A stretch of DNA of 32,000 bases from Candidatus Baldrarchaeota archaeon. Lineage in GTDB: Archaea > Asgardarchaeota > Baldrarchaeia > Baldrarchaeales > DXJG01. A program made the translations under genes and the position numbers. The notes under the pieces are model-generated. The model was given only the letters and a program-made list of their open reading frames with translations. It was not told the origin of the DNA and ran no database searches. Numbering within the stretch: the first letter of the stretch is position 1; the number at the start of each line of letters is the position of its first letter. Location of the stretch: the NCBI GenBank assembly GCA_019056805.1, contig DXJG01000009.1, positions 126,015-158,014 on the forward strand, written 5' to 3'. Positions 1-9,028 of this stretch are shown one piece after another.

Positions 1-1
1 A

Positions 2-256
2 TCCTTCATGATACTAATGCAAATACCCATAATCGAAACCGCAGATCAAGCTTATAGAGCATTTGCAGCTGGAATATCTATCGGATTAGCTGCCCTAGGT
101 GCGGGTTTGGGAGTAGGATATTCGGGAGCTGCTATGTCTGGAGCTATAACGGAGCGTCCTGAAGCTTTCACCAAAAGCTTAATTTCCGTCGTTTTGGCAG
201 AGGCATTGGCCATTTACGGGCTTCTAATATCCTTCATGATACTAATGCAAATATAA
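2..256 (+). CDS. atpK: A/V-type ATP synthase proteolipid subunit c (K), 5'-truncated by the window; apparently the last hairpin of a multi-hairpin fusion
   Basis: Gly-rich TM1 GISIGLAALGAGLGVG, loop ITERPEAF, TM2 with ion-binding Glu (LAEALAIYG). The frame is open from base 2 and starts with SFMILMQI, identical to its own C-terminus. Confidence 0.92.
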   Translation, partial: SFMILMQIPIIETADQAYRAFAAGISIGLAALGAGLGVGYSGAAMSGAITERPEAFTKSLISVVLAEALAIYGLLISFMILMQI

Positions 257-336
257 TACGAAAAGTAGTTTTCCTCCATTATTTTTAACTATTTATGTAT
301 AGAAATTATAGAAATTTCGAATAAGTTTTCCATTCA

Positions 337-546
337 TCATCTTTTTCTACTTTTTATTATTCCAGCCACATAAAAAAGATGAAGCCACATAATAAAAGTT
401 CCAACAAGAGTACCCACCATGGTACCAAGTATTTCGTTCCCAGATTGACGACCAATTATATATCCAACAGCAGCAAAAATAACAATATCAAGTACAATAC
501 CAGAATATTTAAAAAGATCACCCCAGGTAGGCCCTTCCTTACTCAT
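337..546 (-). CDS. Small 2-TM membrane protein, AtpZ/AtpI (ATPase_gene1)-like
   Basis: 69 aa, two hydrophobic helices (AAVGYIIGR...ILGTMVGTLVG) and a basic tail. It lies directly downstream of ATPase subunit C on the same strand. Family resemblance is by eye only. Confidence 0.55.
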   Translation of the reverse strand: MSKEGPTWGDLFKYSGIVLDIVIFAAVGYIIGRQSGNEILGTMVGTLVGTFIMWLHLFYVAGIIKSRKR

Positions 547-586
547 AGTAATTACGCCCTAAATAGTCGTTATTAGTATACTTTTA

Positions 587-1651
587 TTATTCCTTTTGTA
601 TTAAATATTTTCTTATATGAACTGGTATTATTCTTTCTTCCTTCCCCACAACAATTGTTTTCAGATTTTTTATCTCAAACCACTTTAAATTAAGATAGCA
701 AAGTATAGTGCCTATCTGGAACGGATAACCATAGCCTGCCTTTTTACTAGCTTCATAGATAAGTTTATCAAGCTCCACTTCAATTCCTGTTAAAAGATCC
801 TTCTTTTCATATTTCCTTAATACATCATGTAAAATCGAATCATACGGATGAACGGCTAGTGTTTCAACAACTTCGCTAACCGATTTTGCTTCTAAACTCT
901 TCCGTAAGATTTCATCCCTTAGTCTGTAATTTACCCTGAGTAATAACTTTTGAATGGTTAAATGATCCAGCCCTAAAAGTTTTCCCCTCAATAATATTTT
1001 GATATTTATTGAATCTATTTCTACTCCCACTACACGTCTTGATACTCGTTTATCAAGACCACCCATATTGTCCTTGATATATTTCCAAATTTCCTCAAAT
1101 GAAACTCTATCAACAGCTACTTCAAGCGGTAAAATGTTTCGGGTTTCTTCATAATATCTCCAATTCTCCTCTAATGCCTTTCTAAAGATTCTAATGGGGA
1201 TATTTTCTACCATTTCCTTTAGATCCTTTTTCTTTAATAGTTCTTCACAAACTGGTCTAGTAAAAACACTAACTGGTATTATATACCGCATTGCTTCTTC
1301 TAATGGTAAGTTTGCAACTTTTGTTCTCAAAAGAGTTTTCAATGTTCTAGCTTCAAATTTCATGCGAATTTTATTTAAAAACTCTTTTACATCTGATGGA
1401 GAAGATCTATAGAGTGCGCTAAATGTTTCTATAAAATCTTCAGAAAAAACTCTATCCAAAATTTCTGAATTTATTTGTTCAAAAGGAAATGCCACTAGTT
1501 TTGGACCATAGGGACTCTGTTCCAGTAGTCTTACCATTGTTTGGAAACTTTCAGCACCAATTAGGGAATCTATAGCCTCTCTAGTAAGTAACTTACCCAT
1601 CATTCCCCTAACTTTTGCATTTATATAAGCATATTTTGATACCTTACCCAC
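587..1651 (-). CDS. atpC: A/V-type ATP synthase subunit C (V0 d homolog)
   Basis: YAYINAKVRGM N-terminus, EIDSINIKILLRGK, and C-terminal YLNLKWFEIKNLKTIVVGK; 354 aa; GTG start after a GGTGA SD. Confidence 0.9.
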   Translation of the reverse strand: MGKVSKYAYINAKVRGMMGKLLTREAIDSLIGAESFQTMVRLLEQSPYGPKLVAFPFEQINSEILDRVFSEDFIETFSALYRSSPSDVKEFLNKIRMKFEARTLKTLLRTKVANLPLEEAMRYIIPVSVFTRPVCEELLKKKDLKEMVENIPIRIFRKALEENWRYYEETRNILPLEVAVDRVSFEEIWKYIKDNMGGLDKRVSRRVVGVEIDSINIKILLRGKLLGLDHLTIQKLLLRVNYRLRDEILRKSLEAKSVSEVVETLAVHPYDSILHDVLRKYEKKDLLTGIEVELDKLIYEASKKAGYGYPFQIGTILCYLNLKWFEIKNLKTIVVGKEERIIPVHIRKYLIQKE

Positions 1652-1705
1652 TTTATCTCACCATTTCCAGACTAAGAAAAATTTGAGAGATTAAAAAATA
1701 TAGTG

Positions 1706-3202
1706 TTACATTTTGAGTACAGCTTCTGCAGCTTTTTCAACTACTTCTATCGCTGTCCTTGGCCATATTCCTATGAAGATTATCTGTATAGTCAGGATGA
1801 CTATGGGTATGAGTATCGATATTGGTGCCTCTTTTACGTGTTCCATTTCTTTGCTTGGCTCAGCGAATAGTATGATGTGAATTAGTCTCAAATAATAGAC
1901 TACTGAGAAAGCACTGTTGATAAGAGTTAATGCAGCAAGTACTAATTGTCCGCCTACGACGGCTCCCCATATAATCATAAACTTAGATACAAATCCACTT
2001 AATCCTGGAACTCCTGCAATAGCTAAGCATCCCATGAAGAAGCAAAATGCGGTAATAGGCATCTTTCTGCCTATTCCTTTAAGTTCTTCTAGGTTTCTAG
2101 TACCCAATTCGTGGATGAAAGCCCCTGCGCAAAGGAATAACATCCCTTTCATTAACGAATGGTTAAGTACATGAAGAAGTCCTCCAGCTACACCTATCAC
2201 AGCTGCTGTTTCACCGACTCCATTCATCATTCCTACAGCTAAACCTGCAAAAATGTATCCTATGTTCACTATGCTAGAGTATGCTAGCAATCGTTTAATG
2301 TCCTCTTGGAGCAACGCCATAATGTTACCTACGGTCATGGTTAGAACGGCAAAGACGGCAACTATTGTCCCATAATCCAATACCGTAACTGGGAAAGCAA
2401 GAAGTAGTACACGTAAAATACCGTAAACACCGTTTTTGATAACTACTCCTGAAAGCATAGCACTAATTGAGCTTGGCGCTGCGGGGTGTGCATCTGGTAG
2501 CCAGGTGTGCAGCGGTACTATTGACGCCTTCACACCAAATCCGATTATTAGCATACCCACTATTAGATACAACGATGGATCTGTTTTTGCGACTTGTAAA
2601 GCTTGATGGACAGCTTCGTAGCTAAGAGTTCCAGTAAGCCCGTAGATGAGTGATATAGCGTACAGTAACGTAGCAGAGCCGAAGGCTGACATTACGAGGT
2701 ATTTAAAGCCTGCTTCTACAGGTTCCCATGATTCTTTTCGGAAGGAGACAAGGGCATAGCTTGAAACGCTCATTAATTCCCAAGCAACAAAGAGCGTGAA
2801 TAGATCGCCTGCATATACTACTAAATTCATTCCGCCGATTAAGGCTAGTAGAAGTGCATAGTATTTGTCAAGACCAGTGTCTTTCTCCATATATGCGATA
2901 CTATATATTGTTACTAGGAAACCTAGGTTACTGAAGACAAGGGACATAAACCAACTTAACATATCAACTCTAAGGCAAGCCCCACCTGGAGGCTCAAAGA
3001 GGTAATGAAATGTTATTACACCTTGTTGGGATACAAGTTGATAAAAGTATATTACCGATGCTATGGTTCCCAGTGCCACTAGAGCCGCTAGATATCCTGT
3101 GACTTTTTCAACACCTGCTTTTCTAAGTAATATACCGAGTAGTGCAATTATAATTGCTCCTGCAAACGGTATTAATAGGGGTAACAATATTTCCTGTATC
3201 AT
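1706..3202 (-). CDS. nuoN: Antiporter-like proton-pumping subunit (NuoN/MrpD-like) of the membrane-bound hydrogenase
   Basis: Polytopic, with WELMSVSSY (Glu), GVKASIVPLHTWLPDAH (Lys), SGVVIKNG (Lys), IKRLLAYSSI and GFVSKF. Confidence 0.85.
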   Translation of the reverse strand: MIQEILLPLLIPFAGAIIIALLGILLRKAGVEKVTGYLAALVALGTIASVIYFYQLVSQQGVITFHYLFEPPGGACLRVDMLSWFMSLVFSNLGFLVTIYSIAYMEKDTGLDKYYALLLALIGGMNLVVYAGDLFTLFVAWELMSVSSYALVSFRKESWEPVEAGFKYLVMSAFGSATLLYAISLIYGLTGTLSYEAVHQALQVAKTDPSLYLIVGMLIIGFGVKASIVPLHTWLPDAHPAAPSSISAMLSGVVIKNGVYGILRVLLLAFPVTVLDYGTIVAVFAVLTMTVGNIMALLQEDIKRLLAYSSIVNIGYIFAGLAVGMMNGVGETAAVIGVAGGLLHVLNHSLMKGMLFLCAGAFIHELGTRNLEELKGIGRKMPITAFCFFMGCLAIAGVPGLSGFVSKFMIIWGAVVGGQLVLAALTLINSAFSVVYYLRLIHIILFAEPSKEMEHVKEAPISILIPIVILTIQIIFIGIWPRTAIEVVEKAAEAVLKM

Positions 3203-3205
3203 TTT

Positions 3206-4690
3206 TCACCCACCGATCAGTCTTTCTATTTCTTCAGCAGCTGGAATTAATATTCTTAATACAAGATCTGGATAGAAGCCTAAGAGAACTGCAAGGAAAG
3301 CTAGAATCGCCATAGGAGCCAACATGGTTAAAGGCGGTTCTTTAACATTTTCAAACTCTTCTCTCGGCGGTCCGAAGAACACTCTTCTTATCATCCATAG
3401 TATGTAACCAGCAGTTATTACTGTTGAAATTACAGCAAGCGCTGCAATTAAGTAATGTCCTGATGCGAAGGCTCCTGTGAATATTAGAAACTCGCTGACG
3501 AAACCATTGAGAGGCGGGGTTCCTGCTATTGATAACCCAGCAATGAGTGTTATTGTTGCAGTTATCGGCATTTTTCCTGCTAATCCTCCGAGTTTATCCA
3601 TATCTCTACCCTTTATTGGATCGATTTGATGCATTAGAACTCCTGCTACCATGAAGAGAAGCCCTTTACATATAGCGTGGTTTACTATGTGAAACATTGA
3701 ACCAACTATTCCATACTTTGTAGCTGCTGCTAATCCTAGGAACATGTAACCCATTTGTGATATACTTGAACATGCAAATAATCTCTTGAGATCCTTCTGA
3801 GCTAGAGCTAGTACTCCTCCATAAATCATAGTTACGACAGCTATTCCCATAAACACCGTTGTGTAAATTACAAATATAGTTCCAAAGAAGGTTAGAAGAA
3901 TTCTGGCAACTGCGTAGGTTCCACATTCGATCATAACACCTGAAAGAATAACACTTATCGGGGTTGGAGCTTCTGCGTGTGCATCTGGCAACCAGTTATG
4001 CAACGGGAACAATGCCATTTTTACTGCGAATCCGAGCATAAACAGAATTACTATTATCTTAAGGGTTGATGCTGGAGCTGCTGCTATACCATTAACCATT
4101 TCAGCCGCATATAGATCGAATGTTGCCGTTAAGTTCCATGTAGCTGCGATACCAAGAATTATACAAATAGCGCCTAAGTGGGTAAACATGAAGTATTTGA
4201 ATGCTATTAGTTGAGCCTTTTCTGATGTTCCCCAGCGAGCAATTAGCAACCATGATGGAATTAACATTAATTCCCAGAAGATATAGAACTGAATTAGATT
4301 AGTTGCTAGAACAACACCAACCATACCTGCTATGTAAATGAGTAAAAGCGCGAAATAAAGTTCCTGATTATGTTCATGTGACATGTATCCTATGGAGTAT
4401 AAAGTAGCAAGTGTGCACAACAGTAATATTATCCCTGCAATTGGTGTACTCAAATTGTCTGCTCGTAATCCAAATGTTAATCCGATGATTCCAGCCCATG
4501 AGTACTCCTCTACATATAGACCTGTCTCAAGAACGGTAGGCACCACGCTTATCGAGAATATTGCCAGGGATAGAAAAGAGAGGATAAAGGCTAACCATCC
4601 TGCAGCCTTCGTCGATCCCTTACCTACGGCATATACTATTGGTGCGCCAATAATAAGCAACACAACCATGATTAAGAGCGGACCACTCAT
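3206..4690 (-). CDS. nuoM: Antiporter-like subunit (NuoM-like)
   Basis: FWELMLIP, FAVKMALFPLHNWLPDAHAEAP, DLKRLFACSSISQMG and NGFVSEF (the NuoM-type TM12 Glu). Confidence 0.88.
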   Translation of the reverse strand: MSGPLLIMVVLLIIGAPIVYAVGKGSTKAAGWLAFILSFLSLAIFSISVVPTVLETGLYVEEYSWAGIIGLTFGLRADNLSTPIAGIILLLCTLATLYSIGYMSHEHNQELYFALLLIYIAGMVGVVLATNLIQFYIFWELMLIPSWLLIARWGTSEKAQLIAFKYFMFTHLGAICIILGIAATWNLTATFDLYAAEMVNGIAAAPASTLKIIVILFMLGFAVKMALFPLHNWLPDAHAEAPTPISVILSGVMIECGTYAVARILLTFFGTIFVIYTTVFMGIAVVTMIYGGVLALAQKDLKRLFACSSISQMGYMFLGLAAATKYGIVGSMFHIVNHAICKGLLFMVAGVLMHQIDPIKGRDMDKLGGLAGKMPITATITLIAGLSIAGTPPLNGFVSEFLIFTGAFASGHYLIAALAVISTVITAGYILWMIRRVFFGPPREEFENVKEPPLTMLAPMAILAFLAVLLGFYPDLVLRILIPAAEEIERLIGG

Positions 4691-4702
4691 TTTTTTCCCT
4701 CC

Positions 4703-6805
4703 TTAACCGAAGAGTAATAGTAATAGTATCGCAATTACACCCAGCATTACAGCGATCATGTTATAGTTTAGATCACCAGTATGTGTTTTTCTGAATGCCT
4801 GGCTAAAACTACGTACAACCCATGCTAACGCATAGTTAAACCTGTCAACGATGCCCTGTTCAAAGAACCTGTAAATTCCCAGACTTAATTTTATGAATCC
4901 GCCAACTATCACCTTTGTGTAAAAGTCATTGATATACCATCTGTTGTAGAAGAATTTGTGTACGGCACGGAAGAATCCATGCTTCTCCAAGAACTCTCCT
5001 GGATCAATTTTATGACTCCAATAGAAGTAATATGCAGGAATTCCTCCAAGGGCAATGGCACCTAGTGTCATAAGGATTGTTGGTGAAAACAATAGTTCTG
5101 CGAATATTTCCATTGATACGTGAACTTCCACTCCTTTCCAGCCTTTGAACATGAATACTTGGAACATTGGAGCGAACAAACCGCCTATAACTGATATTGC
5201 AGCTAGAACCGCTAGTGGAACCCACATCACTGGAGGAGCCTCATGTATATGTTCTCCTTTATGTTCTCTCTCCTTGATGTATTCGCTTTCAGGCCATAGG
5301 AATATTATAGCTATCATCCTAATGCTATAGAATAAGGTTATTGCGGCAGTTATTACTGCCATAAATAACAGTATGTATCCAGTCGTACCAATGAAGGCAT
5401 ATCCATGGGCATATGCTTCGTTAGCGAGTATCCATGCAGCATCAAATATAGTTTCTTTAGACCAAAAGCCGCTGAAGGGTGGTATACCGGCGAGTGATAA
5501 AGCTCCGATGAGCATACATTTGTATGTTATTGGCATATATTGTTTTAAGCCGCCCATTTCAAACATGTCTTTTGTTTCAGTAGCATGTAGAATCGCACCA
5601 GCTGAGAGGAATAAGAGGGCTTTAAAGACTGCATGTGACATAAGGTGGAAGGTTCCTGCATAGTATCCTTCAGCTATTTCTCCGGCAACGTAGCCTATTA
5701 GTCCTCCTACTCCAAGTGCAAGCATCATATATCCTATCTGTGAAATTGTTGAATATGCTAATACCTTTTTAACTTCTCTTGCCACCATTCCCATCGTTGC
5801 AGCTAGAAATGCTGTAAACGCACCTATACAAGCAACTATTAAGGAAAACGTGTATAATGCGCCAGTGAAGTTAATTAATTTGAATACTTCAACAAAGATG
5901 GGTAATACTCGTGCTACTAGGTAAACACCGGCTTTTACCATTGTTGCTGCATGTATGAGTGCAGAAACTGTTGTTGGACCTGCCATAGCTTCTGGTAACC
6001 ATACGTGCAATGGGAATTGAGCACTCTTACCTATAGGTCCACCGAAAAGTAGTATTATAGTTGGTATTAGTAGTCCACTTGCTACAAGTAATCTGGCCCA
6101 TTCTATATATTCCTCGCTTCTAAGTTCAAGAAAGTTGAATGTCGGGTGTCCTGCTTTCCAGGTGAAAACATAAATTGTTAAAATTGCTATTAGAAGGGCT
6201 ACATCGCCTACACGAGTTGTGATGAATGCTTTCATTCCACACATAGCATTATATTCGCCTTCAGTTTTATAATCTGGAACCGGGCTGGGATCTTTTTTCT
6301 TATGCCAGAACCCTATTAGGGCGTACGAACACATTCCGACAATTTCCCAGCCTATGAACATTTGTAGAAAGTTGTTTGCCATAACTAGGAGAACCATTCC
6401 CCCGATAAAGAAGTTCTTGAAGAACCAGTACCTTGTTAAATCAGGATCGCCATGCATGTATCCTAATGCGTACACCATGATTAGAGCACCGAGACCACTG
6501 GCAATATTAGCCATAAAGACACTTAGAGGGTCAACGAGTACTCCTACTTCTATTCCTAACCCTGGGATCCATTCTATTTTCGATTCATATGGAATACTAG
6601 TACTAAGTACCTCTCCAGTGAACCAGTTAACGACTTTCCCCGCGAAGATATCGGGCACCATTGAAAGAGCGAATATAAAGCCAACGATGCTGAACAGAAC
6701 AGCCCCATAATCTCTTACTTTCGGATGGATTTTTGCTAATAAAGGTGTTAATAATGCGCCTATTACAGGAATTCCCCAACATAGCCACGGTGCTAGAGGC
6801 AGCAT
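4703..6805 (-). CDS. nuoL: Antiporter-like subunit (NuoL/MrpA-like)
   Basis: 700 aa; FIGWEIVG, GKSAQFPLHVWLPEAMAGPTTVSALIHAATMVKAGVYL, HAVFKALLF, FWSKE, and a long C-terminal extension (HTGDLNYN). Confidence 0.92.
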   Translation of the reverse strand: MLPLAPWLCWGIPVIGALLTPLLAKIHPKVRDYGAVLFSIVGFIFALSMVPDIFAGKVVNWFTGEVLSTSIPYESKIEWIPGLGIEVGVLVDPLSVFMANIASGLGALIMVYALGYMHGDPDLTRYWFFKNFFIGGMVLLVMANNFLQMFIGWEIVGMCSYALIGFWHKKKDPSPVPDYKTEGEYNAMCGMKAFITTRVGDVALLIAILTIYVFTWKAGHPTFNFLELRSEEYIEWARLLVASGLLIPTIILLFGGPIGKSAQFPLHVWLPEAMAGPTTVSALIHAATMVKAGVYLVARVLPIFVEVFKLINFTGALYTFSLIVACIGAFTAFLAATMGMVAREVKKVLAYSTISQIGYMMLALGVGGLIGYVAGEIAEGYYAGTFHLMSHAVFKALLFLSAGAILHATETKDMFEMGGLKQYMPITYKCMLIGALSLAGIPPFSGFWSKETIFDAAWILANEAYAHGYAFIGTTGYILLFMAVITAAITLFYSIRMIAIIFLWPESEYIKEREHKGEHIHEAPPVMWVPLAVLAAISVIGGLFAPMFQVFMFKGWKGVEVHVSMEIFAELLFSPTILMTLGAIALGGIPAYYFYWSHKIDPGEFLEKHGFFRAVHKFFYNRWYINDFYTKVIVGGFIKLSLGIYRFFEQGIVDRFNYALAWVVRSFSQAFRKTHTGDLNYNMIAVMLGVIAILLLLLFG

Positions 6806-6820
6806 GACCTAACAGCCCCC

Positions 6821-7129
6821 TTACCATTTTAATCTTCTCATTTTTCTAACATCTAAGGTTCCGTAGTGTCGATATATGAGGAGAGTAAGCGACAATGCTA
6901 GAGCTATGACTCCCGCACCAACACCGATTGAAATTATAACAAAGCTACGAGCTAAAGGATCCAGACCTACAGTTGTAGTGCTAAGTGCAATAAAGTTGAG
7001 ATGAGCAGCGTTTATCAATATTTCAATGCCGATTATGAGTTTTATGATATTTCTTTTCGTTGCTAAACAGTAGAGTCCTATTAGATAAAGTATTGCAGCT
7101 GCACCTAAGTACCAATTTAATCCTATCAT
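6821..7129 (-). CDS. nuoK: NuoK/MrpC-like membrane subunit
   Basis: 102 aa, 3 TM helices, IGLYCL...RNIIKLIIGIEIL motif; overlaps the upstream gene's stop. Confidence 0.88.
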   Translation of the reverse strand: MIGLNWYLGAAAILYLIGLYCLATKRNIIKLIIGIEILINAAHLNFIALSTTTVGLDPLARSFVIISIGVGAGVIALALSLTLLIYRHYGTLDVRKMRRLKW

Positions 7130-7671
7130 TCCTTCTCTCCCCTTTCTCTTCTAAATAATGTAGCTACACCCAAACCAGCTACAAATAATGCCATTGCTTG
7201 AATTAATACATCTATTATTCTCACTTGCCAAACAGATTGTGCAACATTTTCCAGAATATTCTGGAAGGGTTTAAGCACAGGGAGATTTAAAGCCTCACCG
7301 TAAACAAAATGAAGGCCAACGTAGCTTGCAATAAACACTTGAACCATAAGAATGGCAATGATTATGAAAAGAAGTCCTCCAGATACCTCTGTAGCAATGT
7401 CATACTTCATTTCTTCCCTTTTTCCCTTTTCACCTGGGGACATTAAACTTAACACTGCCAAGAAAAGAACTATGACAGCACCGGCATACACTAGAAGGTT
7501 AATAACCGCTACGTAAGGTGCGTAGAGCACGTAAAAAATTATACTTAGAACCGTGCTCATTAGACCGAGTGAAACAACTGCATACGCTAATTTTTTTAAT
7601 TCAACGGCTAAAATTGCAAACAGGATTAAGAATCCAATCAACGCAACTTCGATCATAAATTCCAAGCTCAT
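7126..7671 (-). CDS. nuoJ: NuoJ-like membrane subunit
   Basis: APYVAVINLLVYAGAVIVLFL is typical of NuoJ. The GAGGT SD fits the ATG at 7671 better than the ORF-track start at 7677. Confidence 0.85.
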   Translation of the reverse strand: MSLEFMIEVALIGFLILFAILAVELKKLAYAVVSLGLMSTVLSIIFYVLYAPYVAVINLLVYAGAVIVLFLAVLSLMSPGEKGKREEMKYDIATEVSGGLLFIIIAILMVQVFIASYVGLHFVYGEALNLPVLKPFQNILENVAQSVWQVRIIDVLIQAMALFVAGLGVATLFRRERGEKE

Positions 7672-7677
7672 TTCCAT

Positions 7678-7834
7678 ACCTCGCTGGATTTGCTGTCGCG
7701 TTGTGCAGTGTCTTATTGTAATTATACCCTAAAAAGTTTTCGCCCTAATACTTAAAAGGGTAGAGTTAAAACACAATTTAGTACCCTAAGTTCTCCCTAA
7801 GGACTCGTATTAAAGATTAACGCAGGGGGTTAAA
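7678..7834. promoter_or_regulatory. Divergent promoter region between the nuoJ-N block and ATPase H/E, with repeated CCCTAA and an AGGGTA-N19-TACCCT inverted repeat
   Basis: CCCTAA at 7727, 7743, 7784 and 7795; TACCCT at 7725 and 7782; AGGGTA at 7757; AT-rich TATA-like tracts. Function is inferred. Confidence 0.45.
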
Positions 7835-8149
7835 TTGGCTAACAAACTCATAGAAATAATAAGTGAAGTTGAAACAAAAGCAAAAGAGATAATTAGCGAA
7901 GCAGAGAAAAAAGCAGAAGAAATAATCAACCAAGCAAAGAAAGAAGCAGAGAATATCAGGGAAAAAGTCTTAAAAGATGCAGAAATCGAAGCAGAAAAAG
8001 TTTGGAAAGATATCTTGACAAGGGCGGAAGCGGAAGCAAAGAAAATAGTTGAAAAAGTAGAAAAAGACATAGAAAAATTAAGAACAGAAGCCCGCGAACA
8101 ATTTGATGAAGCTGTAAAATTAATCATGGATACTATAACTGGGGTGTGA
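7835..8149 (+). CDS. atpH: A/V-type ATP synthase peripheral stalk subunit H/G
   Basis: 104 aa E/K/A-rich coiled coil with about 11-residue periodicity (EAEKKAEEIINQAKKEAENI); directly upstream of subunit E; TTG start after a GGGGGT SD. Confidence 0.8.
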   Translation: MANKLIEIISEVETKAKEIISEAEKKAEEIINQAKKEAENIREKVLKDAEIEAEKVWKDILTRAEAEAKKIVEKVEKDIEKLRTEAREQFDEAVKLIMDTITGV

Positions 8150-8153
8150 TTAA

Positions 8154-8771
8154 TTGAACGAACGGGTAGAAAAAATTGAGGAAATTATAATTAACGAAGC
8201 AAAAGGAAAAGCTGAAAACATTATCGCCAAAGCAAAAGAAGAGGCAAAGAAGATTCTTGATGAAGCTGAACAGGAAGCTAAAAAAGAAGCAGAAGAAATA
8301 ATTAACAAGAAGAAAGCAGACGCTGAAGCCCAAGCTCGCCGTATACTATCAGAAGCAAAATTGGAAGCAAGACTAAAGATACTTAATGCCAAAGAACAGT
8401 TAATATCAGAGGCTTTTGACACTGCCATTGAAAAGTTAAAAGAATTTTCGCAAAGTACACAATATAAAACCGCATTGGAAAATCTCATTAAAGACGCCGC
8501 AATAATTATAAGAGGCGGAGACTTAGAGGTTCTACTTCCAGAAAACACAAACGTGAATCTTGATTTATCAAAAATAGCAAAGGAAGTTGAAAATCAAACC
8601 GGAGTAAAAACTTCACTTAGCATATCCAACGAAACGATTAGAAGCATCGGTGGCGTAATAGTCAGATCAAAAGACCAATTTTTAACCGTGGATAACACTT
8701 TTGAAGCAAGACTTGAAAGGCTACGAGAACAACTTCGTGTAAATGTAGCCAATTTACTCTTTAAAACATAA
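8154..8771 (+). CDS. atpE: A/V-type ATP synthase subunit E
   Basis: N-terminal coiled coil plus C-terminal IGGVIVRS...VDNTFEARLE motif. Confidence 0.93.
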   Translation: MNERVEKIEEIIINEAKGKAENIIAKAKEEAKKILDEAEQEAKKEAEEIINKKKADAEAQARRILSEAKLEARLKILNAKEQLISEAFDTAIEKLKEFSQSTQYKTALENLIKDAAIIIRGGDLEVLLPENTNVNLDLSKIAKEVENQTGVKTSLSISNETIRSIGGVIVRSKDQFLTVDNTFEARLERLREQLRVNVANLLFKT

Positions 8772-9028
8772 TTTTCATCCCTTATTTATCCTTAATTAAC
8801 TTTCTTTTATACTCCGAATCTAAAATAATCTAAATCAAACAATCAAACATCAGTTTTACTCCATATCATTATTATAGCATAACATAAAATAATCAATAGC
8901 ATTATGATGAAATTATAATATTACATGAAATCTTAACTATCTTGCCATAAGAAGCATTTCATTCACAATTTTACATGGTGATAAGCAGAAAGTAGAACAA
9001 GGTCGATGTATCGAATATGGGTGTTAGA

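Noticed and set aside
379-6827. Short ORFs overlapping atpC and the nuoL/M/N-like genes (e.g. 1194-1412, 1917-2174, 4383-4706, 5373-5663, 6354-6710)
   Set aside because: They are fully nested in or antisense to well-supported genes and show no recognisable motifs.
7727-7800. CCCTAA equals the reverse complement of the telomeric TTAGGG repeat
   Set aside because: The copies are non-tandem, irregularly spaced and in an internal promoter; no telomere or G-quadruplex claim is supportable. Kept only as a possible operator.
7810-8548. Minus-strand ORFs 7810-8127, 8133-8333 and 8150-8548
   Set aside because: They are antisense shadows of the low-complexity E/K/A coiled-coil genes atpH and atpE (S/F/A-rich mirror composition).
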